DNA of 64,000 nucleotides from Candidatus Bathyarchaeota archaeon. Its GTDB lineage: Archaea; Thermoproteota; Bathyarchaeia; 40CM-2-53-6. Of the stretch, positions 1-8,969 are shown piece by piece (positions within the stretch are counted from its first letter, which is position 1; each line of letters opens with the position of its first letter). The stretch is taken from the NCBI GenBank assembly GCA_005888735.1, contig VBBN01000027.1, positions 99,845 through 163,844 on the forward strand. The letters run 5' to 3'. Made by a program: the position numbers and the translations under genes. The notes below the pieces were generated by a model, which saw only the letters and a list, made by a program, of their open reading frames with translations, was not told where the DNA came from and searched no databases.

Positions 1-971
1 AGTACGACCATGAAGTCGGCCTAAAAACAGTCATCAGACCAGGACAGGCGGACAGCGCCATCCTACACCTTCCTAACAAGCGCAGCCTGGCCGCCACCAC
101 AGACGGCAACAGCAAACAATCCTACCTCGATCCCTACTGGGGAACAGTCAACATACTCTGCGAGGCAGTCTCCAACCTCGTCGCCACCGGCGCCACGCCT
201 CTGGCCATCGTCGACCACTTGCAATTTGGAGACCCCGGCAATCCCGAAGTCTACTGGACCTTCAAAGAAACAGTCCGAGCCATCACCGACTACCTTCGAA
301 CAATGCACGTCCCCTGCGTTGGTGGAAAAGTCAGCTTCTACAACGAAGACGAGCAAACCAAGACCGCGATCAAACCCACCCCTGTCATCGCCGCCCTCGG
401 CCTACGCGATCCCAAGACCCCGTGGACCACACTATCCCTCAAAGAGGAGAATGATGATCTGATTCTCGTCGGCACAACAAACGGGGACATGGGCGGGACA
501 GAGTACTACGAACAAACACATCACCTCGTCGGAGGATCCGTCTCCAAGCCTAACCTGAGAAAGGAAAACAGGTTCCACAGAGCGGTTCTCCGAGCCATTC
601 GGAGTGGCAGGGTCAAAGCGGCCCACGACGTCTCAAAAGGCGGGCTTGCAACAGCTCTGGCCGAGATGGCCATCGCGGGAGACAAGGGCTTTCTCGTGGA
701 CCTTGGAAAAGTCCCGGGCAAAGTCGCTAGAATGGACTACTTGCTCTTCTCCGAGAACAAGCCCCGATATGTTCTAGAGTCCAACCGGAAGAACACACTG
801 CTCATCCTCCGCGGTCTGAAGAGTCTGAAGATTCCAGCCGCAAAAATCGGCACCGTCCAGAAAACCGACCTTGTATTCAGCTATCCAGGCAAGACAATGA
901 TCAGCATCCCACTTTCTAGCGCGAAAGAGAAATGGGCCAGCATCCCACGGGCGATGGAAGCAACCCTTTAA
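1..971 (+). CDS. purL: Phosphoribosylformylglycinamidine synthase II (FGAM synthase PurL), C-terminal part; 5' end lies outside the window
   Basis: The frame is open from base 3 and in phase with the listed 219..971 ORF. Translation reads YDHEVGLKTVIRPGQADSAILHL...GTVNILCEAVSNLVATGATPLAIVDHLQFGDP...VSKGGLATALAEMAIAG, a PurM-like second domain typical of the PurL C-terminal half. It ends with TAA. Confidence 0.8.
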   Translation, partial: YDHEVGLKTVIRPGQADSAILHLPNKRSLAATTDGNSKQSYLDPYWGTVNILCEAVSNLVATGATPLAIVDHLQFGDPGNPEVYWTFKETVRAITDYLRTMHVPCVGGKVSFYNEDEQTKTAIKPTPVIAALGLRDPKTPWTTLSLKEENDDLILVGTTNGDMGGTEYYEQTHHLVGGSVSKPNLRKENRFHRAVLRAIRSGRVKAAHDVSKGGLATALAEMAIAGDKGFLVDLGKVPGKVARMDYLLFSENKPRYVLESNRKNTLLILRGLKSLKIPAAKIGTVQKTDLVFSYPGKTMISIPLSSAKEKWASIPRAMEATL

Positions 972-1210
972 CCAGCTATCAAGCCTCGCTCATCAACAGT
1001 CGCAAAGGGGGTTGTCGAGGTTCGATTCAACTCCCTTCTACAACATCGCTCTAATCTCGGTTATTGACGTGGTCTAGACGCGAGCGGGCTTCAGAATCTC
1101 CTTCACAAGTAGTGGTTCTTGGCGCTGATGTTTCTAGTCCTGATAGTGGAGACCTCAACCGTCAACTTGTCGCCAATCTGGCGATTAATCCCACAGTTCT
1201 GTGGCAGTGT

Positions 1211-1285
1211 TCGCCCATTCTCCCCGCCGAACAGAAAACGGTCCCCGGAAAACTACCGGGTACGGACGCGGCCGATTGAGACGTG
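1211..1285. repeat. Copy A of a conserved ~75-nt intergenic element (second copy at 46737..46812)
   Basis: tcgcccattctccccgccgaacagaaaacggtccccggaaaactaccgggtacggacgcggccgattgagacgtg aligns with 46737..46812 at about 85% identity. It contains the hairpin CCCGG-aaaacua-CCGGG and lies between the convergent genes purL and the SPFH gene. Confidence 0.5.
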
Positions 1286-1314
1286 GGAGACCCGAGTCAG
1301 AGCCTAAGGCTTTG

Positions 1315-2277
1315 TTACATTTTGTGGCCGCACTCAGGACAGAACTTTGTCCCCGCGGCCATAACCGTCCCACAGTCTGAACACTTGACAGTGGCCGGTG
1401 TCATCGATGCTCCGCAGCTAGGGCAGAACTTAGAGCCTTGAGCCGCCTGCGTCCCACACTTCGGACACGCGACCATAACAGTCTGAGGAGCTGTCTGCAT
1501 CGGAGACTGCATCGGCGCATTCATCACCTGCGGAATCAAGACCATCCCAGCCCCTAGACCCGCGCCTCCCTGCGAAGTGCTCAAGCTCTTCCCGATATCC
1601 TTAGCCGTCTCCATCCGCAACACGTCCTGAGCAGAAGCCCGCTGCTTAAGCCAGAACAACCGCTCCCGGAACTCGTCAGATGTGTCAACCCCTTCAAACT
1701 TGAAATCCACAAGATCAGAACCAATCCGTTGCATCGCATCGTTAATGTTGACCTTTGTAGCGATTGACACCTTGTCCAGCTGAGTGAACGCAGAGGTCAG
1801 ATCATACTTCGACATCTCATCAATAACTCTCTCGTTGATAAAGCCCCTGACAAAATCGTTAACCTGCCCCGTATTGTAGGCACCTTGGCCCCCAACAACC
1901 TCGTTCACGAACAAGCTAGCCTCAGTGATCTTGAACCAGAACGTCCCATGAATCATCAAAGGCGCCAGCTCGGTCGTCTGCGCCTTCGCGCCCCACTTAC
2001 CAGCAAACTGCTTCGTAGCAACGAAAATCACAGTCGCGGTGAAAGGATTCTTGCCTCCGAAGAAAATACCGTAGGCCCTAGAGATCAACGGAAGGTTCAG
2101 AGTCGTCAGCGTATGCCTCCCCGGCCCAAAAACATCATACGCTTTTCCGTCACGCAGGAAGACTGCTGCCTCGTACTCGTGGACTACGAGCTGGGCACCG
2201 GTCTGAATCTGTTCCACAGGGTACCGAAAGACAATGTCGTCGGGCCCCGCGCCCATCCATTCGATTACTTGTGGCAT
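1315..2277 (-). CDS. SPFH/band-7 (Band_7_1-type) domain protein with C-terminal double zinc ribbon
   Basis: The N-terminal region (FRYPVEQIQTGAQLVVHEYEAAVFLRDGKAYDVFGPGRHTLTTLNLPLISRAYGIFFGG...) fits the SPFH family. The C-terminus has CPKCG..17aa..CPSCG and CSDCG..11aa..CPECG, i.e. two zinc ribbons. The start overlaps the upstream gene by TAAgATG coupling. Confidence 0.7.
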   Translation of the reverse strand: MPQVIEWMGAGPDDIVFRYPVEQIQTGAQLVVHEYEAAVFLRDGKAYDVFGPGRHTLTTLNLPLISRAYGIFFGGKNPFTATVIFVATKQFAGKWGAKAQTTELAPLMIHGTFWFKITEASLFVNEVVGGQGAYNTGQVNDFVRGFINERVIDEMSKYDLTSAFTQLDKVSIATKVNINDAMQRIGSDLVDFKFEGVDTSDEFRERLFWLKQRASAQDVLRMETAKDIGKSLSTSQGGAGLGAGMVLIPQVMNAPMQSPMQTAPQTVMVACPKCGTQAAQGSKFCPSCGASMTPATVKCSDCGTVMAAGTKFCPECGHKM

Positions 2278-2278
2278 C

Positions 2279-2818
2279 TTACTGCAGTCCCAAGATTACC
2301 TGTTTTCTGCCGTTGTACGCGGTCTCCAGAGCGTTAACCGCCTTCATAGCATCCGTCACCTTACCACGCGCCTCTTGTAGCCTGCTATTGTCCACGGAAT
2401 CCTTCAGATCAAAGGCTGCTTTGGCAATAGTCTCGCTCATCTCCAACAGCTTGTCGTCATAGTCCATCATCCGGTCCAAGTCCGGTTCCCTGACCTTGAT
2501 CGCGTCGAAGAAGCCAGCATACCCGTACTCGGAATGGTTAATCCGCTCGTTAATCCTGTCCATTCGGGCTATCAAGTGGTCCGTGTCGTCCCAGGCCTCG
2601 CTCGCCCCCTCGTTGACCAGCGCCCTGTACGCGTCCTTGACCTGAGCCTCTGCGTCGGAGAGTTTCTGGTAGATCAGGTTTCGTAAGAGACGGTCAGACT
2701 CTCGTCTGAGCTCCTTCTCCTTGTAGCCCCTGAACCCAGGAATGACGAGTTCAATCTTTTCGAGAAGCCCCGTCTGGGCCTTCGTTCTTTCGAAAATAGA
2801 ACCTCCAGACTGACTCAA
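2279..2818 (-). CDS. Hypothetical coiled-coil protein, co-transcribed upstream of the SPFH gene
   Basis: 179-aa ORF rich in charged and heptad-like residues (KEKELRRESDRLLRNLIYQKLSDAEAQVKDAYRAL...). Its TAA stop at 2279-2281 is 1 nt from the SPFH start at 2277. No recognisable family. Confidence 0.5.
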   Translation of the reverse strand: MSQSGGSIFERTKAQTGLLEKIELVIPGFRGYKEKELRRESDRLLRNLIYQKLSDAEAQVKDAYRALVNEGASEAWDDTDHLIARMDRINERINHSEYGYAGFFDAIKVREPDLDRMMDYDDKLLEMSETIAKAAFDLKDSVDNSRLQEARGKVTDAMKAVNALETAYNGRKQVILGLQ

Positions 2819-2984
2819 CGCCTGAACCCTGACGATTTACGAAATCCTGCCAGTCTCCCTATTAAGGCTGTCAAAACTGGACCGGGAAAAACCCGGATAC
2901 TTCCTTTGGCGACGACGAAAGGATCTGTGGCCGGGCCTGGAGCCGACGACTCCGGTTACAGAACGAATATCTTCCCTGCGCTAC

Positions 2985-3344
2985 TTGGAAAAATCCCAGC
3001 CGACGATGAAGACCATCAAGCAGGATGAGCCGATCATTCGAAACCGGTTCATCGAATGTCCCAAATGCAAAACGCGGAACATGAAAATCAAGAAAATCAT
3101 TCACGTAGGACGCTGCAGAAAATGCCACGACTCCTACAAAGTAGTGATGGTCTTTGCTAAACCCGCTATAACGCTGGGCCAGCCACATAAGCAGGGCGGG
3201 TCGACTCTTCCGTCATGGGAAACCCCCTCCGACTCAACGCTGTTCGGGAAGTCAAGCCAAACATCTTCCACGTTCTCTGATTCCAGCTTTGACTGGAACA
3301 CCGAATCGCGGAAGTCGAAGTCAGAATCAGGTAACGGGCAATAA
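2985..3344 (+). CDS. Small zinc-ribbon protein (hypothetical)
   Basis: CPKCKTRNMKIKKIIHVGRCRKCH gives a CxxC...CxxC ribbon. The likely real start is ATG 3006 (MKTIKQ...). The C-terminal tail is low-complexity. A competing antisense ORF at 2871..3188 is less protein-like. Confidence 0.35.
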   Translation: MEKSQPTMKTIKQDEPIIRNRFIECPKCKTRNMKIKKIIHVGRCRKCHDSYKVVMVFAKPAITLGQPHKQGGSTLPSWETPSDSTLFGKSSQTSSTFSDSSFDWNTESRKSKSESGNGQ

Positions 3345-3382
3345 ATCTAGGCGAGGGCGAAAAAGGCCTCACTGGAGCGGGG

Positions 3383-3799
3383 TTACGGCTGTTCCTGTTT
3401 CTCGTCCTTCTTCTTGAAGCCTAGTGACAGCGAATTGATGCAGAAGCGTTGCCCGGTCGGCTGAGGCCCATCCTCGAAAACGTGTCCAAGGTGTCCTCCG
3501 CACTTCTTGCACAGGACCTCTGTCCTGCGCATGAAGAGACTGTTATCGGTCTTCTCCTCAATATTCTCTTTTTCCGCGGGTTGCCAGAAGCTAGGCCACC
3601 CAGAGCCGGAATCATACTTGGTGTCGGAATCGAAGAGCTCTGCTCCACAGCCAGCGCAGACATACATGCCCTTCACCTTGTTGTGCAACAGCTCACCGGT
3701 GAAAGCAGGCTCCGTTCCCTTCTTTCGAAGAACCTTGTACTGTTCAGGAGTGAGTTCTTTCTTCCACTCATCCTCGGACTTCTCAACCTTACGATCCAA
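3383..3799 (-). CDS. msrB: Peptide-methionine (R)-S-oxide reductase MsrB
   Basis: Contains [29 protein letters not shown]...[16 protein letters not shown]. This carries the SelR/MsrB signature, both CxxC pairs and the catalytic-region RxCxN (RFCIN). Confidence 0.9.
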   Translation of the reverse strand: MDRKVEKSEDEWKKELTPEQYKVLRKKGTEPAFTGELLHNKVKGMYVCAGCGAELFDSDTKYDSGSGWPSFWQPAEKENIEEKTDNSLFMRRTEVLCKKCGGHLGHVFEDGPQPTGQRFCINSLSLGFKKKDEKQEQP

Positions 3800-3886
3800 A
3801 TGTTGCTTCCTAGACTAGAAGGGGTACTGGGGCTAAAATAGTATTGCCCGGTTTCAGTCAGGTTTCTACCGAATGACTCGTTATCG

Positions 3887-4540
3887 CTAAGCGACTCGTC
3901 CCACGAACGGGTTCGTCAGCTTCTCATCACCAATGGTTGTCTCGGGACCGTGACCCGGGTGAACAATGGTTTCATCATCAAGTTTGAACAGGACGTCTTT
4001 GATGGAATGGACCAACGTGTCGAAGTCTCCGCCAGGCAGATCTGTTCTCCCGATAGACTGGTTGAAGAGAGCGTCCCCAGTGAAGACGTAGCCGTTTCCG
4101 GCGAGGCTGATACTCCCGGGCGAGTGGCCTGGAGTGTGTAGGACGCGAATCGAGTCCGGTCCAACTTTGACGGTATCATCTTCGGCCAAGAATTCGTCAA
4201 CTTTCGGCGGGGGCGGGACTCGGAAGCCCATGAACTTCTGGACTCGTTCTTGCATCACCTCTAGGAGAGGTAGGTCATCCTTGTGAATCGCGAAAGGCGC
4301 ATGGGTCTTCGCTCTCAACGCATCGACTCCAAGGACATGGTCAAAATGTGTGTGAGTTGCAACAATAAGTTTCGGATTGACGCGGAGGTCTTTCAGTAAA
4401 CTGAGTATACGTTCCGTTTCATCCCCCGGATCTACCACGATGGCTTCGTCTTTCCAGTGGACGATGTAGCAGTTCGTCTGCAGCCTACCGACTACGATGG
4501 GGTATATCTGAACCATCGAGTTCTCGAATGTAAGAACCAT
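3887..4540 (-). CDS. MBL-fold metallo-hydrolase (glyoxalase II-like)
   Basis: Has the metallo-beta-lactamase metal-binding motif HTHFDH, followed by VLHTPGHSPGS and GDALF...GRTD.. Ends with TAG. Confidence 0.85.
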   Translation of the reverse strand: MVLTFENSMVQIYPIVVGRLQTNCYIVHWKDEAIVVDPGDETERILSLLKDLRVNPKLIVATHTHFDHVLGVDALRAKTHAPFAIHKDDLPLLEVMQERVQKFMGFRVPPPPKVDEFLAEDDTVKVGPDSIRVLHTPGHSPGSISLAGNGYVFTGDALFNQSIGRTDLPGGDFDTLVHSIKDVLFKLDDETIVHPGHGPETTIGDEKLTNPFVGRVA

Positions 4541-4609
4541 GACTGGGTCCTAATAACGTGAGATTGGAGCGAGCCCTCAAGGATGAAGAGCTGAAGTTTG
4601 ACATGTGGA

Positions 4610-4990
4610 CTAGGCTGTTTCCGTTTCCGGAGAAATGAGCGGGTCCTCTGGATTAGTTTCCGCGCGGTTTCGTCTTCCCAAGCCTCTGACAACTGCCGCC
4701 GATATCAGGAAGCCTGTGGCGATTCCGAGCGACAACAGGAAGCCGTAGCTTTGGGTGCCGAAATATCCAGTCTGGGCGATTCGCTCGACGGACCCCAGGA
4801 GGCCGAGGAGGAACGCAAGGGTGCTCAACGTGCCAATGGTTGAGAGAACTGCTGTTGCTTTGAGCAGCCCTCCCAACGCCCGGTCCCCAGAGTCTAGACT
4901 AATTGACGAACGCATACTAACAAGTTGGACCTGAAGCAAAGCGGGGCTGGGTTTCATGTTATTAATCATTGAGAATGTGGTCGTGGCCAC
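4610..4990 (-). CDS. Hypothetical small membrane protein
   Basis: The ORF has two predicted TM segments (LSTIGTLSTLAFLLGLLG; FLLSLGIATGFLISAAVV). The start codon is uncertain; an internal Met is possible. Confidence 0.3.
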   Translation of the reverse strand: MATTTFSMINNMKPSPALLQVQLVSMRSSISLDSGDRALGGLLKATAVLSTIGTLSTLAFLLGLLGSVERIAQTGYFGTQSYGFLLSLGIATGFLISAAVVRGLGRRNRAETNPEDPLISPETETA

Positions 4991-5064
4991 TCGGGCCTAG
5001 AATGGACTCTTCACTGATCGTCAACCCTTAACTTGCGAAGAGCGGAACCCGAGCATACAGGGAC

Positions 5065-5904
5065 GTGGGAAGTCTGGTGACTGTTCACCGTGTTGTTTTC
5101 GGAGACTGCCGTCAGATGGTAGAGATGGCTGACGGGTCTGCGAATTTGATGGTGACGAGTCCTCCCTATTACAACGCACCCTTCGACTATCCCGGCCTCT
5201 TCAAGGACTATGATGAGTATCTCGGGTTGTTGGAGGATTTTTCCCGAGACCTTTTTCGGGTCTTGGCGCCGGGGAGGGTGGCCTGCTTTGTAACGGATGA
5301 TATGCTTGTGGACGGTGTGAAGTTTCCTGTCGTCGCGGACACGACTCGGATTATGCTTCGGGCGGGATTTCGATACAGGGACCGGATTACCTGGGTCAAG
5401 CCGAAGGGCTATGTCAGGATTAGCAGGAGGAGCGGACTGGTTCTACAGCATCCGTATCCGATGTACTTTTACCCGGATAATATTCAGGAGAGCATTCTGG
5501 TTTTCCAGAAGGGACGCTTTGACTATTCTTTTCTCAAGAAGATGCCGCGGGAGGAGCTGGAAGAGTCGAGGATTCCGCTGGACGAGTATAATGGACAGGG
5601 CTGGGCCTTGTCTGTATGGAACATCACGAATGTTCTGCCGTTGGGCGATAGGGTGGAGCGTGGGGTGGCGGCGTTTCCGGAGGAGATTCCGCGGCGTTTG
5701 ATCAAGTTGTTCAGTTTTGTCGGGGACACAGTGTTGGACCCGTTCTTGGGGTCTGGGACGACCACGAAGATGGCCATGGAGCTAGGACGGAACAGCTGGG
5801 GATTTGAGAAGGATGCGGGATTGAGGAGGATTATTCAGAAGAAGCTGGGAAATACGCCAGGCGCCAGGACTGAGTGGATTACTAGAAAGGCGCGTATGAA
5901 CTGA
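5065..5904 (+). CDS. Site-specific DNA methyltransferase, beta-class N4-cytosine/N6-adenine family (N6_N4_Mtase); orphan
   Basis: N-terminal motif IV (LMVTSPPYYN) and C-terminal motif I (VLDPFLGSGTT) are in the beta-class order. No adjacent ORF looks like a restriction endonuclease. Confidence 0.85.
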   Translation: MGSLVTVHRVVFGDCRQMVEMADGSANLMVTSPPYYNAPFDYPGLFKDYDEYLGLLEDFSRDLFRVLAPGRVACFVTDDMLVDGVKFPVVADTTRIMLRAGFRYRDRITWVKPKGYVRISRRSGLVLQHPYPMYFYPDNIQESILVFQKGRFDYSFLKKMPREELEESRIPLDEYNGQGWALSVWNITNVLPLGDRVERGVAAFPEEIPRRLIKLFSFVGDTVLDPFLGSGTTTKMAMELGRNSWGFEKDAGLRRIIQKKLGNTPGARTEWITRKARMN

Positions 5905-6079
5905 AGGCCACGGGTAGGCCCACGGAGGATAGTTCAGGCCAGAGCCGTGCTTTCATAGAATTTGGATGCTTTGTCTGTCGTGTCCTGTTGGAGGTGCCTC
6001 TAGGCACTTGTGCCTGTTGTACACACTTTCCAAGGACCCGGGTTTCGTGTCACGAGAAGAAGGGTGATGTTGCGATTGT

Positions 6080-6901
6080 TTGGGAAGCCTGAGCATGTCT
6101 GGTGAATCGGTGTCTCCGAGAAAGTCTTGGCTGTCGGCATTAGCTCTGCTCACATTTCTTCCAGCTTTTGGCCTCGCGAGGCTGTTCACGTACTTTCTTC
6201 CTAGAGTTGTTGTCGAACAATCTGGAATCCACTTCCACCACTTCTGGTACGGGATTATTTTGTTGGCTGCTTCCGGCTGGCTGGGAATTGCGGGAGACGT
6301 GCGTTGGACGCGATTAGCCGCGATAATGTATGGTCTCGGCGGAGGGCTCCTGGCGGACGAGGTAGGTCTTCTCCTCACGCTGGGCGATTACCAGACCGAG
6401 CTCACCTACACAGTGGTCGTCGGAGCAGTCGGTGTCTTGGGCACTCTCTCAGTTTTCCAGAGGTATGGAAGAGAGATTGGCCTTGAACTGAAGAAGTTCA
6501 CCCTGTCAGAGAGAGTCGCGTACTTCGCCCTGTTCATTCTCGTTCTTCCCCTGCTGATTCTGAGCCTAGCCCAGGTTCAAGCAAGTACTGTCGGTCTCAT
6601 TGCAGCATTTCTCTACAGGGCCAAGTTTGGCGGAGCTTGGAGGATTTCACGAAAACAATTCTCGGCCGAACTAGCAGGCTTCCTGCCCGTCCTTCCAATT
6701 ATCATCGTGCCAGGTCTCGTGAGCGGGTACTTGGTGGACGCTGCCTTTGGACCCTTGATGAATCAGGGAGAGCCACCATTATCTCTTCTGCCGGTGCTGA
6801 TCCTTGCTGGGATCGGGGTTGATGTGATCGCGGGTCTGGTTGGAGGATGGATTTGGGTGCGAATCCTCCGTCGTGCAGCGAATCCCGCGACAAGGCTCTA
6901 G
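6080..6901 (+). CDS. Hypothetical polytopic membrane protein
   Basis: 273 aa with 6-8 hydrophobic segments. Ends with TAG. No family recognised. Confidence 0.5.
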   Translation: MGSLSMSGESVSPRKSWLSALALLTFLPAFGLARLFTYFLPRVVVEQSGIHFHHFWYGIILLAASGWLGIAGDVRWTRLAAIMYGLGGGLLADEVGLLLTLGDYQTELTYTVVVGAVGVLGTLSVFQRYGREIGLELKKFTLSERVAYFALFILVLPLLILSLAQVQASTVGLIAAFLYRAKFGGAWRISRKQFSAELAGFLPVLPIIIVPGLVSGYLVDAAFGPLMNQGEPPLSLLPVLILAGIGVDVIAGLVGGWIWVRILRRAANPATRL

Positions 6902-6961
6902 TTGTTGGATTGAATTCTCCTTTCTTGGAGGTCAATAACTCTATTATGATGCGGCTGTTGT

Positions 6962-7411
6962 TTGCTGGTAATGAGTTCTTTCGACAACTGGGTAAAGTCT
7001 TACGAGATTCAGTTGAGAGACTGGCTGTCCAAATGTCCAAATTGCTTATTGTCGCCGCAGGTGTCGCTGCATGCTAGAAGGGGAACGGCCATGGTCCAGG
7101 TTGGACAGAGCTTTGAGTTTGACCAAAGGCTTGGTAATCGTGATAACCCGCCGAACCGTCTTGTCGCTAATCGTCTCGTCCCGTACAACGGGAAGCTCAA
7201 GAACCCGATAATCTTCTGGCTCAACACTCTCTTCCCAAAAGACCAAGTCTACCAGTTGCACGAGAAGCCTGTGGTTCACCACGTTCTCCGTCTAGGAGCA
7301 GGCTACACATTCGCTATGGTCAGAGAGGGGTTAAAGGCCGCGCTCAAAGCCGAGAAAATAGACATCGACACCCTCTCCGACTGGGATCCGAAGAAATGGC
7401 AGGAGAAGTAG
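6962..7411 (+). CDS. Hypothetical protein
   Basis: ORF with a plausible internal start at ATG 7090 (MVQVGQSFEFDQRLG...). No motifs recognised. Confidence 0.35.
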   Translation: MLVMSSFDNWVKSYEIQLRDWLSKCPNCLLSPQVSLHARRGTAMVQVGQSFEFDQRLGNRDNPPNRLVANRLVPYNGKLKNPIIFWLNTLFPKDQVYQLHEKPVVHHVLRLGAGYTFAMVREGLKAALKAEKIDIDTLSDWDPKKWQEK

Positions 7412-7517
7412 GCAGGTTGGCTGCACTCCTCAACCATCAGCCCTAGAAGGCGTCTTGCGTCTCAAAACGTAGCAGGCGTATCCGGAGGTTTTTCGACTGC
7501 CTTCGGAGGCACGTGTC

Positions 7518-8969
7518 TCAGTCTCTATTGACAGCCAGGTAAAGGAATATGGCGAATGGAACGGCTGCCCAGAGGACGCCGTCCAAGACCAGTGCCGGTA
7601 GTGTTAGGCCGAAGTTCGATGTTTGAATTGGGATGCCTGACGTTGATTGGAACAGATACGCGTTTACGAGGGTGATGAACTGGGCCGGGTTTGCGAAGTA
7701 GGACAGTATCGCCGCCTGTAATGATACCTCTGAGCCCAGTGTCCCACCTAACAGGCTTGTGAGGAGGAGTATTATTAGGGTCCAGAAAAAGTCAAGCACC
7801 ACAAACAGTCCGATCATTATTCCGAGTAGTGCACCTGTAGACTTGACTACGTGGGAGAGAAAAAAGACCAGCCCGGTGAAGGCAGCAACCTCGACGAGCA
7901 AAGCGGCCATTATTGCGAGGGTGAAGTCTTGCGGGAGGAAGGTGCCTGATACACTGTGCAGTATCAGGTCCACTAGGCCGACTGACGCGACGCCTGCGAT
8001 ACCGACTGCGACTATGGTCGAGAAGAACCGGGATATGGCGAGGCCCCGCCTGCTAACAGGTCTTGCTAGGACGGACTCTAAGACTCCTGTCAGACGGTCT
8101 TTTCCGTAGGAGGTGTAGGAGCCAATTATTGCGACTAGGGGCATGAAGAAGCTCAGGATGGTGGAGAAGAAGAACGTGGCTATGTTAGTGCCGTTGATGC
8201 GTGTCTGAGGTTGCCTCAACTCGAAGCCGGCGAATTGCGAAGTGTAGAGGGCTGTGCTGTTGTTCGGCTTGAAAAGTCCGAAGAAGACCTGAGATGTTTC
8301 GTTCAGGTTGTTGGGAAGTGGGGGGTCAAAGATTTGATGATAACCAGTCAGGTTTCCGAGGAAGGTCATCTCGCTCTGGTTGCCATAGAAGCTGGAGAAG
8401 GAGTTGACCACCTTGTAATACAGGCTGTAGCCTAAAGGGACTGCGCCAAAAGGCGCCGCGTAGAATACTTGAATGTCCCTCTTGGCCGCGTTGGTCCTAT
8501 CCACTACCGTAGCCATCGGGCGGCCTGAGATGAGCTCCACATGACCCATGGGCCAGCTTCGTAGAGGGAAAGATGATTTGCCCACCCCACCTCCGGTTGT
8601 GGTGCTGATAGCTACATAGTATGTTGCGTTAGGTGCGTTAAGCGTAAGGAAGGCCAGTCCTGTATTGTTGGTCCTGGCCGTCTGCGTGTAATTCATTGTT
8701 CCTGATGGAGGAGTAGGGGTGAGGGTGATACCGACGCTCGTGCCGCTGACGGGTTCGCCAAACTGGTTTGCTGAGTACGCGAGGAAGTGGTATCCAGTGT
8801 TGTCTCTGTAGTAGAGGATGTTAGACTCAGAGAAGCCGGGGAATGAGGAGTTGATGCCGGTTAGGGGAATGATTGTGAGGCTGATAAGGAGCGTGATGAT
8901 GGTGAGGATTAGTACAGACTTGCTTGTTATGGTCCTCTTGAGGTCATAGAGAAAGGGCCGGATGATCAT
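7518..8969 (-). CDS. ABC-2 type transporter permease with large extracytoplasmic domain
   Basis: One N-terminal TM helix, a large extracytoplasmic loop of roughly 250 aa, then a block of 5 C-terminal TM helices. Translationally coupled (ATGA overlap) to the upstream ABC ATPase. Confidence 0.75.
   Translation of the reverse strand: MIIRPFLYDLKRTITSKSVLILTIITLLISLTIIPLTGINSSFPGFSESNILYYRDNTGYHFLAYSANQFGEPVSGTSVGITLTPTPPSGTMNYTQTARTNNTGLAFLTLNAPNATYYVAISTTTGGGVGKSSFPLRSWPMGHVELISGRPMATVVDRTNAAKRDIQVFYAAPFGAVPLGYSLYYKVVNSFSSFYGNQSEMTFLGNLTGYHQIFDPPLPNNLNETSQVFFGLFKPNNSTALYTSQFAGFELRQPQTRINGTNIATFFFSTILSFFMPLVAIIGSYTSYGKDRLTGVLESVLARPVSRRGLAISRFFSTIVAVGIAGVASVGLVDLILHSVSGTFLPQDFTLAIMAALLVEVAAFTGLVFFLSHVVKSTGALLGIMIGLFVVLDFFWTLIILLLTSLLGGTLGSEVSLQAAILSYFANPAQFITLVNAYLFQSTSGIPIQTSNFGLTLPALVLDGVLWAAVPFAIFLYLAVNRD

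Noticed and set aside
1010-1040. Possible tRNA because of a GGTTCGATTC T-loop-like motif
   Set aside because: The flanking sequence cannot form a T-stem, acceptor stem or anticodon arm on either strand. No tRNA could be built around it by hand.
1232-1262. RNase P RNA P4-like similarity (ACAGAAAAC.G...CCGGG) in the repeated element
   Set aside because: The complementary 5' P4 strand (GGAAAGUCCGGGC) and other universally conserved RNase P regions are absent from both loci.
5953-6378. 141-aa minus-strand ORF overlapping the start of the 6080..6901 membrane protein gene
   Set aside because: The translation is Arg/Pro/Ser-rich and non-protein-like. The plus-strand membrane protein has a coherent TM pattern.
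4610-6901. A restriction endonuclease partner for the DNA methyltransferase
   Set aside because: The flanking ORFs are small or polytopic membrane proteins without nuclease motifs (no PD-(D/E)xK or HNH patterns were recognisable). Remote-homology searches would be needed to exclude it fully.
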